Notes under the pieces: generated by a model
What the model was told of the DNA's origin: nothing
The model's input: only the letters and a program-made list of their open reading frames with translations
The model's database searches: none
Part shown: positions 38,416 through 50,109 of the stretch, piece after piece
Position numbering within the stretch: position 1 is the stretch's first letter
Layout: the number at the start of each line of letters is the position of its first letter
Position numbers and translations under genes: made by a program
Assembly (NCBI GenBank): GCA_026770705.1
Contig: JANJGN010000026.1
Location: 34,348,001 to 34,412,000 of the forward strand
Length of the DNA stretch: 64,000 bases
From: Isurus oxyrinchus
Lineage: Eukaryota
Reading direction: 5' to 3'

Positions 38416-38568
38416 CAGACAGCACTGGATAAAAACACCTGCCTGGGAAAGGGGGTGGGGGGGGGGGGGGGGGGTGGGGTGGGAAACAGTGTAATAGGGA
38501 AAATGGAGCTGTGTCGATGGGCCTGAGAGAAAGGAGTTCAGCAAAGTCAGTTCGTTTCACATTCATGA

Positions 38569-38610
38569 TTTATTAACAATTTCAGAGAACATTTTACAGA
38601 AAAGTTTATT
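38569..38610 (-). terminator. Candidate poly(A) signals of the membrane IgM transcript
   Basis: AATAAA on the minus strand at 38605-38610 and 38569-38574, about 420-450 nt past the TM2 stop. Confidence 0.5.
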
Positions 38611-39026
38611 TTAAAGTTAACTGAAGTGAATATAATGACTGAGAGTCACATTGAGAACAGAGCACATTCGCTCTGAGCTGCCAACTGTGTGTACAACTGT
38701 AACAGACACCAGAAAGAGAAAACAGGAGCTCAACATAAAGGGAAGGGATTAATTGTGAATGAGGAATGAGAAACGTTACTTATTTACACAGGGAATTCAA
38801 ACTATTGGGAAATTATAAGCTGCTATTGCAATGCAATCATAATTATCTCACACATTTGAAACAGAGAAACAGAAATACCGTTCATAATTGTCTCAGTTAC
38901 AAATTCGGAAACATAAACTGAAGGTATTTCATTTTTACAGTCACCAAGAGGACATATTTTAAATTCGGAATACAGAGGTCTCAATAAACAGCTGAGGAAA
39001 ATCTACGGTGTCCAAAATTCAACTGG

Positions 39027-39035
39027 TCACTTGAT
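39027..39035 (-). CDS. IGHM: IgM TM2 exon (I-K-stop)
   Basis: cttttacAG|ATC AAG TGA, giving cytoplasmic tail KIK. Confidence 0.85.
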   Translation of the reverse strand: MK

Positions 39036-39174
39036 CTGTAAAAGAAGATGAAATAATGAAGCAGGTTGTTATGATCTAGAACATTCAATGTTAATGTTTT
39101 AATCAATGAAACATTGAGAGATTTTTCAAACCGCTTCTGTCACTTTGAAGTGTGAGTGGATTGAATCTTCTCAC

Positions 39175-39302
39175 CTTCGCCAGAGTGACGGCAGCGCTGT
39201 AGAAAATGCTCAGGAAGAACAGGATGATGAATGTGGAAGCAGTTGTCCAGATGTTGCTGTTATCATCCTCAGAGTCTTCAATCCAGATGCGGTCTGCGGA
39301 AT
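39175..39302 (-). CDS. IGHM: IgM TM1 exon
   Basis: AG acceptor at 39303-39304 and GTGAG donor. Encodes (D)SADRIWIEDSEDDNSNIWTTASTFIILFFLSIFYSAAVTLAK, with the conserved antigen-receptor TM motif. Confidence 0.95.
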
Positions 39303-39839
39303 CTACGGGGATATAGCCGAGGAAATATAATTAGATTGTTTATTAATCTAAGATATCATTTTTAAACATTTCCTTTACTCTTTCCTAAGTTATTAATGTA
39401 TTCAATGTTCAATGTATATCTCCTATTAAGTTTGTGACACTCAGTAACCCATCTCTGTAACTATCTGCACAGCTGTCATTCCTTTACAATGTTTGTACAG
39501 CCCGTGTCAGAAAATATGGCAAATTTTCTCCAGTATCAGTTTATTTTCGAACAATTTCGTACGATCTATTATTGGAGAATATTATGATGGATATCGAGAG
39601 AGATTCACTGAGCTACTTATTTGGAAACTGTGAACGTTGCTTTTTAAAAGCTCGGGTGTGATTTCCCATCTTGTTTGTCTATTTGTGATGGGAATGTTTG
39701 GTGCGTCATTAACTTAAATCAGTTTCTCAGTAAGAGCATTGTTTCAGTGTGTTTATCGGGTTATTATGTAATAGAGACAATTGCCGGAGGATATGCCGTT
39801 AAAAAGTACATCTGAATTATTCTTTCTTCAATAGCCTGG

Positions 39840-40950
39840 CGTTTGTGTTGTGCTTTAGCTTTTGTGTATGTCTGCATGAGTATCTCGCACTTTGCATTAC
39901 TGTTTGTTTGTGTGTCCATATGTGTACATGTGTGTTAATGTGTGTGTTCATGTGCCAATGAGTGCTGATTTGTGTATTTTTGTGTCTGCATCTTTACGTA
40001 TATTTTGTTTTTCTGCCAATGTGGATGTACGAGTATGTTATTGTGTGTGTTTATGTCTTGATGTCTATATTTACTTATTACTATCTGTGTTAATGTGTGT
40101 TTACCTGTTTAATGTGTGCCTGCTAATATGAGTGTTAATGTTTCTTTTTGTGTTCCACGTGTCTGTCAGCATATTAATGTCTGTGTCACAGTGTCTGTGT
40201 GATTGTGTGACACAGCGAGAGAGAGAGAGAGAGGGAGTTTTTAATATGTGCATTTGTGTGTTGATCGATATTTAGAACTATGTATCAATGTGTGTATATG
40301 TTTTCATATGTACTAACGTGTGTTTTTTGTTTTCTACTGTGTATGAGTATATTCATGTTTGTGTCTACATGTGTGCCTGTGAATGTGTTCGTCTGTTCTT
40401 CTGTTTTTGTGTCTGAGTGTCATCTGCTCATACGTGTGCATGTGTTAATGTGTGTCCATGTATTTGTTTTAATGCGTATGTGTGTCTTTATGTCTGTATT
40501 TATGTCATTGTGAACATGTAATAATGCATATGTTAATAGTTACATTTGTGCTTTGTGTCCTTGTATGAATCTGCTTGTCTGGTTTTATCTGTTTGTGTGT
40601 GTGTGATTGTGTATATGTGTGTGAGCGAGTGTCTCTGTGTGTGTATTTCTGCATGTGTGTGATTGTGTGCATGTATTTGTTTATGTGTGCGATTGGGTGT
40701 ACGTGTGTGTCTGTGTATGTTTGTGCGTCTGCACCCATGTGTTTGGGATTGTGTGTGCATGTGTGTGTGTGTGTGTGTGCACATGTATGTGTATTTGTCT
40801 ATGTGTGTCTGCCTGTGTCTGCCTGTGTTTGTGTGGCTGCGCATGTGTGGGTGTAAATGTGTCTGCCTGTACCTGTGTGTGTTTGTGTCTGCGTGTCTGT
40901 GCCTATGTGTGTGTGTGTACGCGTGTTTGTGTCTGTCCAGTTGTGTCAGC
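39840..40950. repeat. Degenerate (TG)n microsatellite tract in the Cmu4-TM1 intron
   Basis: Continuous TG-rich low-complexity sequence. Confidence 0.95.
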
Positions 40951-41454
40951 TGAGTGTATTTTTACTATTTTCCCGAATTTCACCAGTACCAATTATCGAG
41001 TCTGACCTTGATGGTGAAAATTTTGGTGAATAGTTTCAATGTTCTGTGTATAAACGTGTTTTTTGTGAGATGTAAAGTGATATCAGGTGAACGAATGCAA
41101 ACAATCAACCACGTGCTTCATAAAATTCAGGGACAGAACCTTGAACAACTCAGGGAGGATTCAATCACCAGTTTAGATTCGGATTATGGGAAACCAATCT
41201 TAGCATAAGCTTAACAGGAACAAGGGTGTTAAAAGATCGTCAAATTATGTTGCATAAATAGATGTTTTTACAACATCCTAAGCATGATGGGAGTTTAAAA
41301 TCTGTGGCCAGTAAGCTGGAAGCGGACTTGGACTGTTGGTAACTGAGTCCTGACAGTAGAGACCCGTTCCTTTCCAGATTCTCTGCTCGGTGAGGGTCCA
41401 GTGAGCTAATAGTTTTGCTCTGTCTGGGTGTCTAAGCAATTTCCCTTTTGGTTC

Positions 41455-41830
41455 TTTCTGCTGAGAAGGTGGAGACACACCGGGTTAACCAATGACCTTT
41501 CTCGTCTTTCTGTTTAGCAAGTGGAGGTAAAATCAGCTTAAAATTTTCCTTTCAGTTTTCTCTGTTGGGGATGTGGAGGTACAGTGGGTTACCAATTTCC
41601 CTTCCCCTCTCTCCGTTGGGAAAGTGGGGTACTGTGGGTTACCAATTTCCCTTCCCCTCTCTCTGTTGGGAAAGTGGGGTAAAGTGGCTAAACAATTCGC
41701 CCCCACCCCCACCCGCTGTTGTGGAAGTGGAGGTGCAATGGGTTAAGAATGTTCCCTTCCCCCTCTCTCTGTTGGGGAAGAAGGGGTACATTGGGTTAAT
41801 AATTTCCCTTCCCCCTCTCCCTGATGGGGG
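41455..41830. repeat. ~51-bp minisatellite, about 7 diverged copies
   Basis: Unit resembling CTGTTGGGAAAGTGGGGGTACAGTGGGTTACCAATTTCCCTTCCCCTCT at ~41562, 41611, 41662, 41715 and 41768. Confidence 0.85.
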
Positions 41831-42226
41831 ATTGTTGGGACATGTTTCTATGTGACTCCACTTCAGTTCCCAGTGGGTGTGGTGCAGCAGCTTAAAGCTG
41901 ACATCCATTTTAAAGGAATGGACAATAAGAGAAGCAGGAACACCCAGATCTAAATGTGCTGTGTTTGTTTGTCGGAAATGGGAATTGTCAGATTTCACCT
42001 CAGTGGGAGGGAAGTTGGTGAAGTTATTTTGCAGAATCCCATAATGAATGAGCTTTACTCTGTCTCGAACCCAGGGTGTATCTGATCTGGGAGCACTGCG
42101 TGTACAAGACTTGGGTGTGAGCCCTGCAAATATCCGATTTTAACTAAACAGGTCTAACATCAGCAAAAGTAGAAAACAACATTGATTAAACGATTGTGTA
42201 TTTAAATCACGATTGGAGAAAAGGTC

Positions 42227-42242
42227 TTTATTATTTTTTATT
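42227..42242 (-). terminator. Poly(A) signals of secreted IgM
   Basis: Two AATAAA on the minus strand (42237-42242 and 42227-42232), about 30-40 nt after the TGA at 42270-42272. Confidence 0.8.
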
Positions 42243-42269
42243 GATGTTTGAAATGTAACCGATGGAATC

Positions 42270-42661
42270 TCATTGACATGAATTAACGGTGTCCATCAGT
42301 GCAAGGGAAATGTTCACAAAACTCGGTTTACCGCTGGATTTATCAACAGTTCTGTTGATGATCTTCAAGGGGATCGCTTCATGTCCCACCACACAGGAGT
42401 AAGAAGCGCCGCTGGCCCACTCCTCTGCTGCAATGGATAACAGGCTGTACATGAAGAAGGAGCGATTGTCATTCTCCGCCACCACCTCAGTGTTCTTGTA
42501 ATTCCTGGGATCCACTGGCTTGTCATTGACGGTCCACTTGACGAAAATCTCTCGCGGGGAGAAACCTCTCACTAAGCAGCTGAGGGAGACGAATCTCTGA
42601 GCGGAGACATCTTCTGCCGAGGGCAGGAGGACAGACACGGATGGTTCCTGCGGGTCTTTAT
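42270..42661 (-). CDS. IGHM: IgM Cmu4 exon plus secretory tailpiece
   Basis: ttttctgcAG acceptor. Encodes (D)[17 protein letters not shown]...[17 protein letters not shown]...[43 protein letters not shown], with tail sequon NIS and penultimate Cys. Internal G|GTAAA donor at 42331 for splicing to TM1. Confidence 0.97.
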
Positions 42662-42799
42662 CTGCAGAAAATGTACAATAAATGTCAATAAACTGGATAC
42701 TTTCGTAGACAATGAAACTGCTGGTTAGATGTGAGAGAAACATGTTTTGTGATGAATTTTAAGGTTTTTCATTATCCAATTCTCGGAAATATATCTCCG

Positions 42800-42988
42800 A
42801 TCCTTCACTATAGCTGAATCAAAATCCTGGAACTCCCTCCCTAACAGCACTGTGGGTGTATCTACACCACATGGACTGCAGCGGTTCAAGAAGGCAGCTC
42901 ACCACCACCTTGTCAAGGGCAATTAGGGATGGGCAATAACTCTGGCCCAGCCAGCAACGCCCACATCCCATGAATTAATAAATAAAAT
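42800..42988 (+). mobile_element. LINE 3' end sharing its tail with the SINE family
   Basis: Same sequence as ~53505-53680; ends GGGCAATTAGGGATGGGCAATAA..CCCACATCCCATGAAT. Confidence 0.7.
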
Positions 42989-43375
42989 ACTTTGGGATCT
43001 TTCCGGCTTTCCAGCTCGGAGCAGAGGTGGCACAATCCTTTTCCCTGAGAACTTATGGGGATGGACGAGAAAGTTTCTCAAAGTTTACAGCACAGAAACA
43101 GGCCATTCTGCCCAACTGGTCCATGTTGGTGTTTCAGCTTCGCACCAGGCTCCTCCCATCTTGCTTCATCTAAACCCAATGACACAGCCTTCAATTCATT
43201 GTTCATTCATCTACTTATCAATTTGCCCCTGAAAGTCCACAGGCCCAGACCGTTTAGTTGGCGAAATTGTTAATCAGAGTAGACCATGAATACACTGAAT
43301 AGTAAATATTGCTCCTGACACTTACACTGGAAATAGACACATTGAACAACTTATTGCTTCAATCTCACCGCTCAC

Positions 43376-43687
43376 CTGGTTCCTTGTGGATGGAACTTCT
43401 TAAAGGAGTCGGCAGATCCTGATGGCTCACCACACAGTAGAACTCAGCCCCACTCAGCCAGGCTTGTGTCGAGATGTTTACGTTGCTGACCACGCTGTCG
43501 GGATCCTCTCCCGGTTGGACGGCGATCTCTGATTTCAAAGGCTTCTACTCTTGTGTCCAGCTCACGAGGACTCCATACGGAGCTTTAGAAACAATGCAGG
43601 TTAAGGTCACGGTCGCCTCCAGTAAGACCTGTTCTATTGGAGGTGGCAGTAGAGTAATTGTGGGATCGTTGGGGCAGTGGTGATCAC
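43376..43687 (-). pseudogene. IGHM: IgM Cmu3 exon with an in-frame premature TAG (43545-43547)
   Basis: tctcacAG acceptor and GTGAG donor, 312 nt. Encodes [103 protein letters not shown]. Confidence 0.93.
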
Positions 43688-44310
43688 CTGTGAGACAGAA
43701 ATGAAAATCAATCAAAGTTTCACCTTCAGAATCAGTACAGCAGTATTCAGCCTTCACTCCCTAAAGGAGAATAAATCACCTTGGACATATCAACCTCTAA
43801 CTATCGTCTTTAATCTTCTTTACACAATGGAAAAACCAGCTTGGTCTGTGGAAATCATTCCCATAATTTAAGTCCTTCAGCCCCGGTAACATTCTCATGA
43901 ATCTGCGTTGCCCCAGTCCCAATACAAATGTATCATTCCTGGGCCCTGGAATGCAGTACTGAAAGCTGTTTTATAAGTAGGGTGGATGCACTTTCCAACA
44001 CTCCATCCTGAAGCTGTTACCAGTGAAGTGTTCCAGACACCTTCTGCCTATCCAAATATGATCAGCTGACTCAGGGTAAAGCTGATATCAAGTCCACCTC
44101 ACTCACTCTATGACGTCAATGTAGAGACGTGATGTGATAAAATCCTGAATGGTGAACAATCCGAATGTAGCAGTTACATCAGAATTAAATACCAACTACA
44201 TGAGAATAAATTAGAAATTCTTCTGTGCTTGTACTAACTCCAATAAATTCCTGATTCGACTAACATCGGAGAGCAGAATGATCTATCCTTCCTCGGTTTG
44301 TATTTCTTAC

Positions 44311-44625
44311 CATCGCACTTGGTGGCGTTTCGACTTTGGGTGACCCCTTGGTGAGTGACCTGACAGGTATAGACCGCGTCACTGAACCATTCTCCAGCGG
44401 AGACTGTCAGCCGACTGGTCGCCGAGAAGTTCCCATTCACTTCAAAGATAGGAGAGGTGACAATTCCTGAATCCATGGGTTGTCCATTCTTCAGCCACTT
44501 CACGGTGATTGACATTGAACGGAGATCGGTGATTGAACAGACGGCGGTTGCAAATTTGTTCGTTCTGATTTCTTCCCGGGAACTCACGGTGAGGAGAACA
44601 GTTGGAGGTAAGTCAGGATGAGGAC
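44311..44625 (-). CDS. IGHM: IgM Cmu2 exon
   Basis: ttttgaAG acceptor and GTAAG donor, 315 nt. Encodes (C)[15 protein letters not shown]...AVCSITD...VKWLKNG...[39 protein letters not shown]. Confidence 0.95.
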
Positions 44626-44824
44626 CTTCAAAAAACACAGGTTAGCCATTTCTTGCAGAAGAAATTGATAACAGATACAATAAATTCTTATATTTTAACC
44701 ATGGACACTAACCTGGAATTTCCAGGGATCAGAACTATGCAGAGTACTATAAATGCGTTATAACCAAGGCCCCATACAGTTCAATCACAGCCTTTCTGTT
44801 TCTCACAGGTTCCCCAACACTTAC

Positions 44825-45124
44825 ATTGCATTTCAACGCTCTTGTCTGAGTTGCTGTATTGAACTTCACACTTGATTATGCTGCATTCCCCCTCTGACTC
44901 GGTGATGGTTAACTGGCTGCTCAGAGTGTAGGTTCCCTTCTGGTTTCTCACTGACGGGTAAGTCTTAAATCCAGTGGTGATCTGCTGCCCATCTTTCTTC
45001 CAGGTCAGGCTGGTGATTTCTGGGGAGTAGTCCATCGCCAAACAGCCGTAGGTGACGGAGCTGTCGGTGTTGTGTTGCTGACAGGAGGAGACCAGGCTGT
45101 AGAGAGTGGGCGAAGACGGTGTCG
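44825..45124 (-). CDS. IGHM: IgM Cmu1 exon
   Basis: ttcccAG acceptor and GTAAGT donor, 300 nt. Encodes (A)[45 protein letters not shown]...[35 protein letters not shown]. Confidence 0.96.
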
Positions 45125-45679
45125 CTGGGAAAGAATAGCCGATCGAACAAGTTAGACTCTGTGATTTGCGCTCATTAAGTAACCAAACAACTCAAAATTT
45201 GACTATAACTATAAACATATCCTAATATATTCCAATTGAAACCCACATCCACATTTGATCATTTATTATTTCCATCATTTGGTGATCCTCACCTGTCGGT
45301 TCCCTCTTTAGAAACCCACACCTCTTTCTCCGCCTCTATCCCATTACTGAAATAGAACATTTTGATGTCATCTGAATGACGTACCTTTCATTGGATTAAA
45401 ATGGAAGAGCAGAGGATTTTACCGGTTATTTCGGCCATCGTTTATTTCTCAATTAACAGCACTTGGTGATAGACAAATTGTCTCGTCATTTATATCATTG
45501 CAGTTTGGAAATTGGCTCTGTTCAAATTGACTGATGCCCCCTCCTCTCTCCATGTCCATCCAAAACAAAGAATATCAACGGCCCTTCGAAAGAACCTTTG
45601 TAATGGTACCTATATAATGACCATAGAATCCTAAATTGATTACCAGTTACAGTAAGTACGACATTTTCCAATCGTATGG

Positions 45680-47210
45680 ACATATGAACATGCGGATTAG
45701 TAGCAGGAGTAGGCCATTCGGCCTCTCTAGCCTCCTCCACCATTCACTCCGATCATAGATGATATGATTGTGGCGTTAACTCCACATTCCCGCCTACTCT
45801 CCGCAAACCTTTGACTCCCTTGTCAATGAAAAATCTCTCTACCTCTGCCTTGAAATTTTAATGACTCCTCCTCCATCGCTCCCTGGGGAAGAGAGTTCCA
45901 AAGTTATACGACCCTTTGAGAAAAAATAAAATCTCCTCATTTCCGTCTGAAACGGGAGACCTCTTATTTTTAAACTGTGTTTCCTATCGTTAGTCTGTCC
46001 CCAAGGGGTAACATCCTTTCAGCATCCACCCTGTTAATTCCCCTCAGGATCTTATATGTTTCAATGAAATCAGCTCTCATTCTTCTAAACTCCAATAGAT
46101 ACAGGCCCAGCCTATCCAAATTTCCACATAAGATAACCGACGACACCTCCCAGTATCATTTGAATGAACATTCTCTTAACAGCTTCTAATGCTTTTATAT
46201 CCTTTCTTAAATGAGACCAAATCTGTACACAGTAATTCAGAAGAGGTCTCATCGATGCCCCGTTAAACTGTAGCAAAATATCCTTCCATTTATATTCTAT
46301 TCCCCTTGTAATAAATGCCAACACTCCCTTTGCCTTTCTCATTACTTGCTGTTCCTGTATTATGACTTTTTGTGGTTCATACACCAAGGGATGCACATTC
46401 CTCTGACCCTGCAATCTCTCTCCCTTTCAATAATATGCTGCTTTTGTATTCTTCCTGCCAAAGTGGACACATTTATATTTTCCCACATTATACTCCATCT
46501 GTCATTTTTTTGCCCACTCACTGAACCTATCGATTTCCCTTTGCTGACCCTTTATCCCCTCTTCACCATTTACTTTCTTATCTGTCTTTGTGTCATCAGC
46601 AAATTTAGCAAATTCATTCAGTCCTTTCATTCAAGTCATTGATATAAATTGTAAATAGTTGAGGCTGCAGCATTGATCCCTGTGGCACTCCACTTGTCAC
46701 ATCTTGCCAACCTAAAATACCTAATTTATCTCTGCTCTCTGTTTCTTGTTAGCTAACCAAACTTCTACCCATGCTGAAATGTTACTGCTGACATCATTAT
46801 TTTGTGCAGTAACCTTTGATATGCCACTTTGTCAAATTCCTTCTGGAAGCCCAAATACAGCACACCCACAGGTTCTCCTTTATTCATGTTCCTTGTTACT
46901 TATTCTAGAGGCCTCAAATAAGTCAACCAAACATGATTTTCCTTTCACAAAATCATGACGGGTTTGCATAATTGCATTTGAATTTTATAAGTGACCCGTG
47001 ATAGATTCCTTAATAATCGATTCCAGCATTTTTGCTTGGACAGATGTTAATCTAATTGGCCTGTAGTTACTTGCTTTCCCTTTCCCTCCTTTATTTAACA
47101 TAAAAGACTCATTCTCTATGTTCCAATCTGATGAGATCTTTCCAGAATCTAGGCAAGTTTGGAAAATTAAAACCAATGCCTCTGCTATTTTAGTAACTAC
47201 CTTGTTAAGG
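45680..47210 (-). mobile_element. Older CR1 LINE RT fragment in the J-C intron
   Basis: KGKASNYRPIRLTSVQAKMLESIIK and RPLLNYCVQIWS; CR1 3' UTR near 45690. Confidence 0.85.
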
Positions 47211-47719
47211 CGAAAATATTTGTCCAACTTCTCTGCACGTTTCCTTATTTTCCTTTATTATGGGCTTGTCCAATCCGTGTCCAATGGCTGGATTCTGACC
47301 CTCCCCGAAGCCCCTTTATGTGGCCCCCGGAGCTGTTGTTCTACAGGCTGGTGAGGCGGGTAAGTGGAGTTGAAGATTTCTGTAAGGAGCAGCTCCTCCA
47401 ATCACAGGCTGGTCTTCGACCCCGTTAGCTGCTGATAGGCTGATTAGCAGATCAGCAGTAAAAGTGGAAGACAAACGGGTTGTGATTGGAGGGGCAGTGA
47501 ACACCCACTGGAGAAAGGCGCAGGGAGCCTGTGGGGGGGGGGGGGAAATGCACGGAGACATTGTCTCCCTTCTATCCCAGGCACTGAGTGCCTTTCTCCG
47601 GGAATGGAAAGGATTTCAGGAGGGGGAGAGACAATGAGGGAGAGAGTTAGAGAGAGTTAGAGAGAGTGGGGCCCAGGGCGTCTGATGCATCCGCTTGCGA
47701 CTGCTTTCGCCCGGCTCTC

Positions 47720-50050
47720 CCTGCTATAGCCCAGCTCTCAGCCCTTTTCCCACCCCCCGCCTCTCTGCACTTTCCCCTCCACCTCTCTGTCCTTTCTCCC
47801 CCAGCTCTCCGCACTTACTCCACGGCTTTATTCATTTTCACCTGGCTCTCTGACCTTTCCTCCAGCTTGCTGACATTTCCCCCTCAGCCCTTTCCCGCCC
47901 CCACCTCTCTGCCCTTCTCCCCCTCTGCCTCTCCGTTCTACTGCCTCCCTGCCCTCTCCCCCACCGTCTCTCTGCCCTTTCCCCCTCTCACTTCTCTGCC
48001 CTTTCCCCTTGCCGCCTCTCTGCACGTCCCACCCCCCGCTTCTCTGCCCTGCCGCACTGCCCTTCCCCACCCACTGCTCTGCCCTTCACCCCCGCCTCTG
48101 TGCTCTTTCCCTTCTCCTCTCTACGCATTCCCACCCGCCTCTCTGCTCTTTTCCCCTCCTGCATTTTTGCCCTTTCCTCCTCCTCTATGCTCTTCCCCCC
48201 GCCACCTCTCTGCCCATTCCCACTCCCGCCTCACTGCCCTTTACACCCATTGCCTCTCTGCCCTTTCCCCCTCCCACCTCTCTGCCCTTACCCCCCTCCC
48301 CACCTCTCTATCCTTTCTCCGTTACCTCTCTGCCCTTTCTCCCCCAGCTCTCTGCGTGCACTCCACTGCGCTCTGCGCTTTCGCCCGGCTCTCTGACCTT
48401 TTCCATTGGTTCATTGCCCGTTCCCCTGGCTCGCTGCCCTCTCCATCCTCTGCCTCTCTGCCCTTTCCTTCCCCCACCTCTCTGCCCTTTCCCCCTCTGC
48501 CTGTCTGCTCTCCCACCTCCTTGCCCTTTCCCCCACCTGCCCCTCTGCCCGTTCCCTCTCTGGACTTTCCCCCTCCCGCCTCTGAGCCCTTTCCCCCTCC
48601 TGCCTCTCTGCCCTTTCCCCATCCCGCCTCTCGGCCCATTCCCCCTCCCACCTCTCTGCCCTTTCCCTCTCTGCCCTTTCTCCCTCCTGCCTCTCTGCCC
48701 TTTCCCTGCACCTCTCTGCCCTTTCCCCAGCTCATTGCCCTTTCCATCAACTCTCTGCCCTCTCTCCCCCAGCTCTCTGTGTGCACTCCACTGCGCTCGG
48801 TGCTTTCATCTCTGACCTTTTCTAGTGGTTCATTGCCCATTCCCCTGGCTCGTTGCCCTCTCCATCCTCTGCCTCTCTGCCCTTTCCTGCCCCCCACCTC
48901 TCTGTCTTTAACCCCTCTGCCTCTCTGCCCACCCTCCTCTGTCTTTAACCCCTCTGCCTCTTTGCCCACCCTCCTCTCTGTCTTTAACCCCTCTGCCTCT
49001 CTGCTCTGCCTCCTCTCTGCCCTTTTCCCCTCCCACCTCTCTGACTTTTCCCACCCGCCTCTCTGTCCTTCCCCCCTGCCGCCTCTCTGTCCTTTCCCCC
49101 ACCCACCTTGCTGCCCTTTCCCCTGTCACCCCTCCGCCTCTCTACCCTCCCGCCTCTCTGCCCTTTCCCCCTCCTGCCTCTCTGTGCTTCCCCCCAACTC
49201 TCTGCCCTTCCCCTCCCGCCTCTCTGCCTTTTCACACCCAGCTCTCTACTCTTACTCCACAGCTTTCTGTGCTTTTGCCTGGCTCTCCGACCTTTCCCAC
49301 TTGCTCTCTGCCCATTCCCCAGCGCGCTGACCTTTCTGTTGCCTCTCTGCCCTTTCCATCACCTATCTGCTGGTCCCACCGCCCCCCCTCTTCTCTGCCC
49401 TCCTGCCTCTCCGCCCTTTCCCCCATGCACCTCTCTGCCCTTTCCCCTACTGCCTTTCTCCCCTCTCTCCTCTCTGCCCTTTTCCCTTCCCGCCGCTATG
49501 CCCTTTCCCCCCCTGCTTCTCTGCCCTTTCCACCTTCCACCTCTCTGCCCTTTCCCCCTCCCCACCTCTCTGCCCTTTCCCCCACGCGCCTCTCTGCCCT
49601 TTCCCCTACTGCCTTTCTCCCCTCCCTCCTCTATGCCCTTCCCCCCCGCCTCTATGCCCTTTCCCCCCCGCCTCTATGCCCTTTCCCCCCCGCCTCTCTG
49701 ACCTTTCCCCCTCTCACCTCTATACCCTTTTCCACCCCACCTCTCTGCCCTTTCACTGGCTCGCTGACATTTCCCCCTGCTTGCTGACCTTTGCCCGAAC
49801 CCGATGCACTTTCCGTTGGGTTCCTGCCCTTTTCCCCGTCTCTTTACCCTTCCCCCACAACACCCGCCCCACCCATGGCTCTCTGCCATTTCCCTCGACT
49901 CCCTACCCTTTCCCCCAGGCCCTCCGAGCTTTCCCCCGCCTCCCTGCCCTTTCCAATGAAGCTCGTCGCTTCCTTCAGCTGTGCTCCACTTTCTGGCACT
50001 GCTAGGCCTCAGGCCTCACTTCCAGGTCTCTCTTCTCTGCAGTTCCCGCC
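47720..50050. repeat. Polypyrimidine/polypurine tandem repeat, G-rich on the IgH sense strand
   Basis: Dozens of CCTCTCTGCCCTTTCCCC-type units, with higher-order blocks starting CCCAGCTCTC at ~47800, 48342, 48768 and 49237. Confidence 0.95.
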
Positions 50051-50109
50051 CTCCCACACACTGATTTATGAAAAGTGATCAAGTGAGTAAGCGTGTGCAT
50101 GATTGACAA

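Noticed and set aside
39892-41005. Cys/Val-rich and His/Thr-rich ORFs (also at 51489-52348)
   Set aside because: Translations of TG/CA and GA microsatellites.
47666-49787. 554-aa and overlapping Pro/Leu/Ser-rich ORFs, and Gly/Arg-rich antisense ORFs
   Set aside because: Products of a C/T low-complexity repeat that lacks stop codons. They are open in several frames and lie inside the J-C intron.
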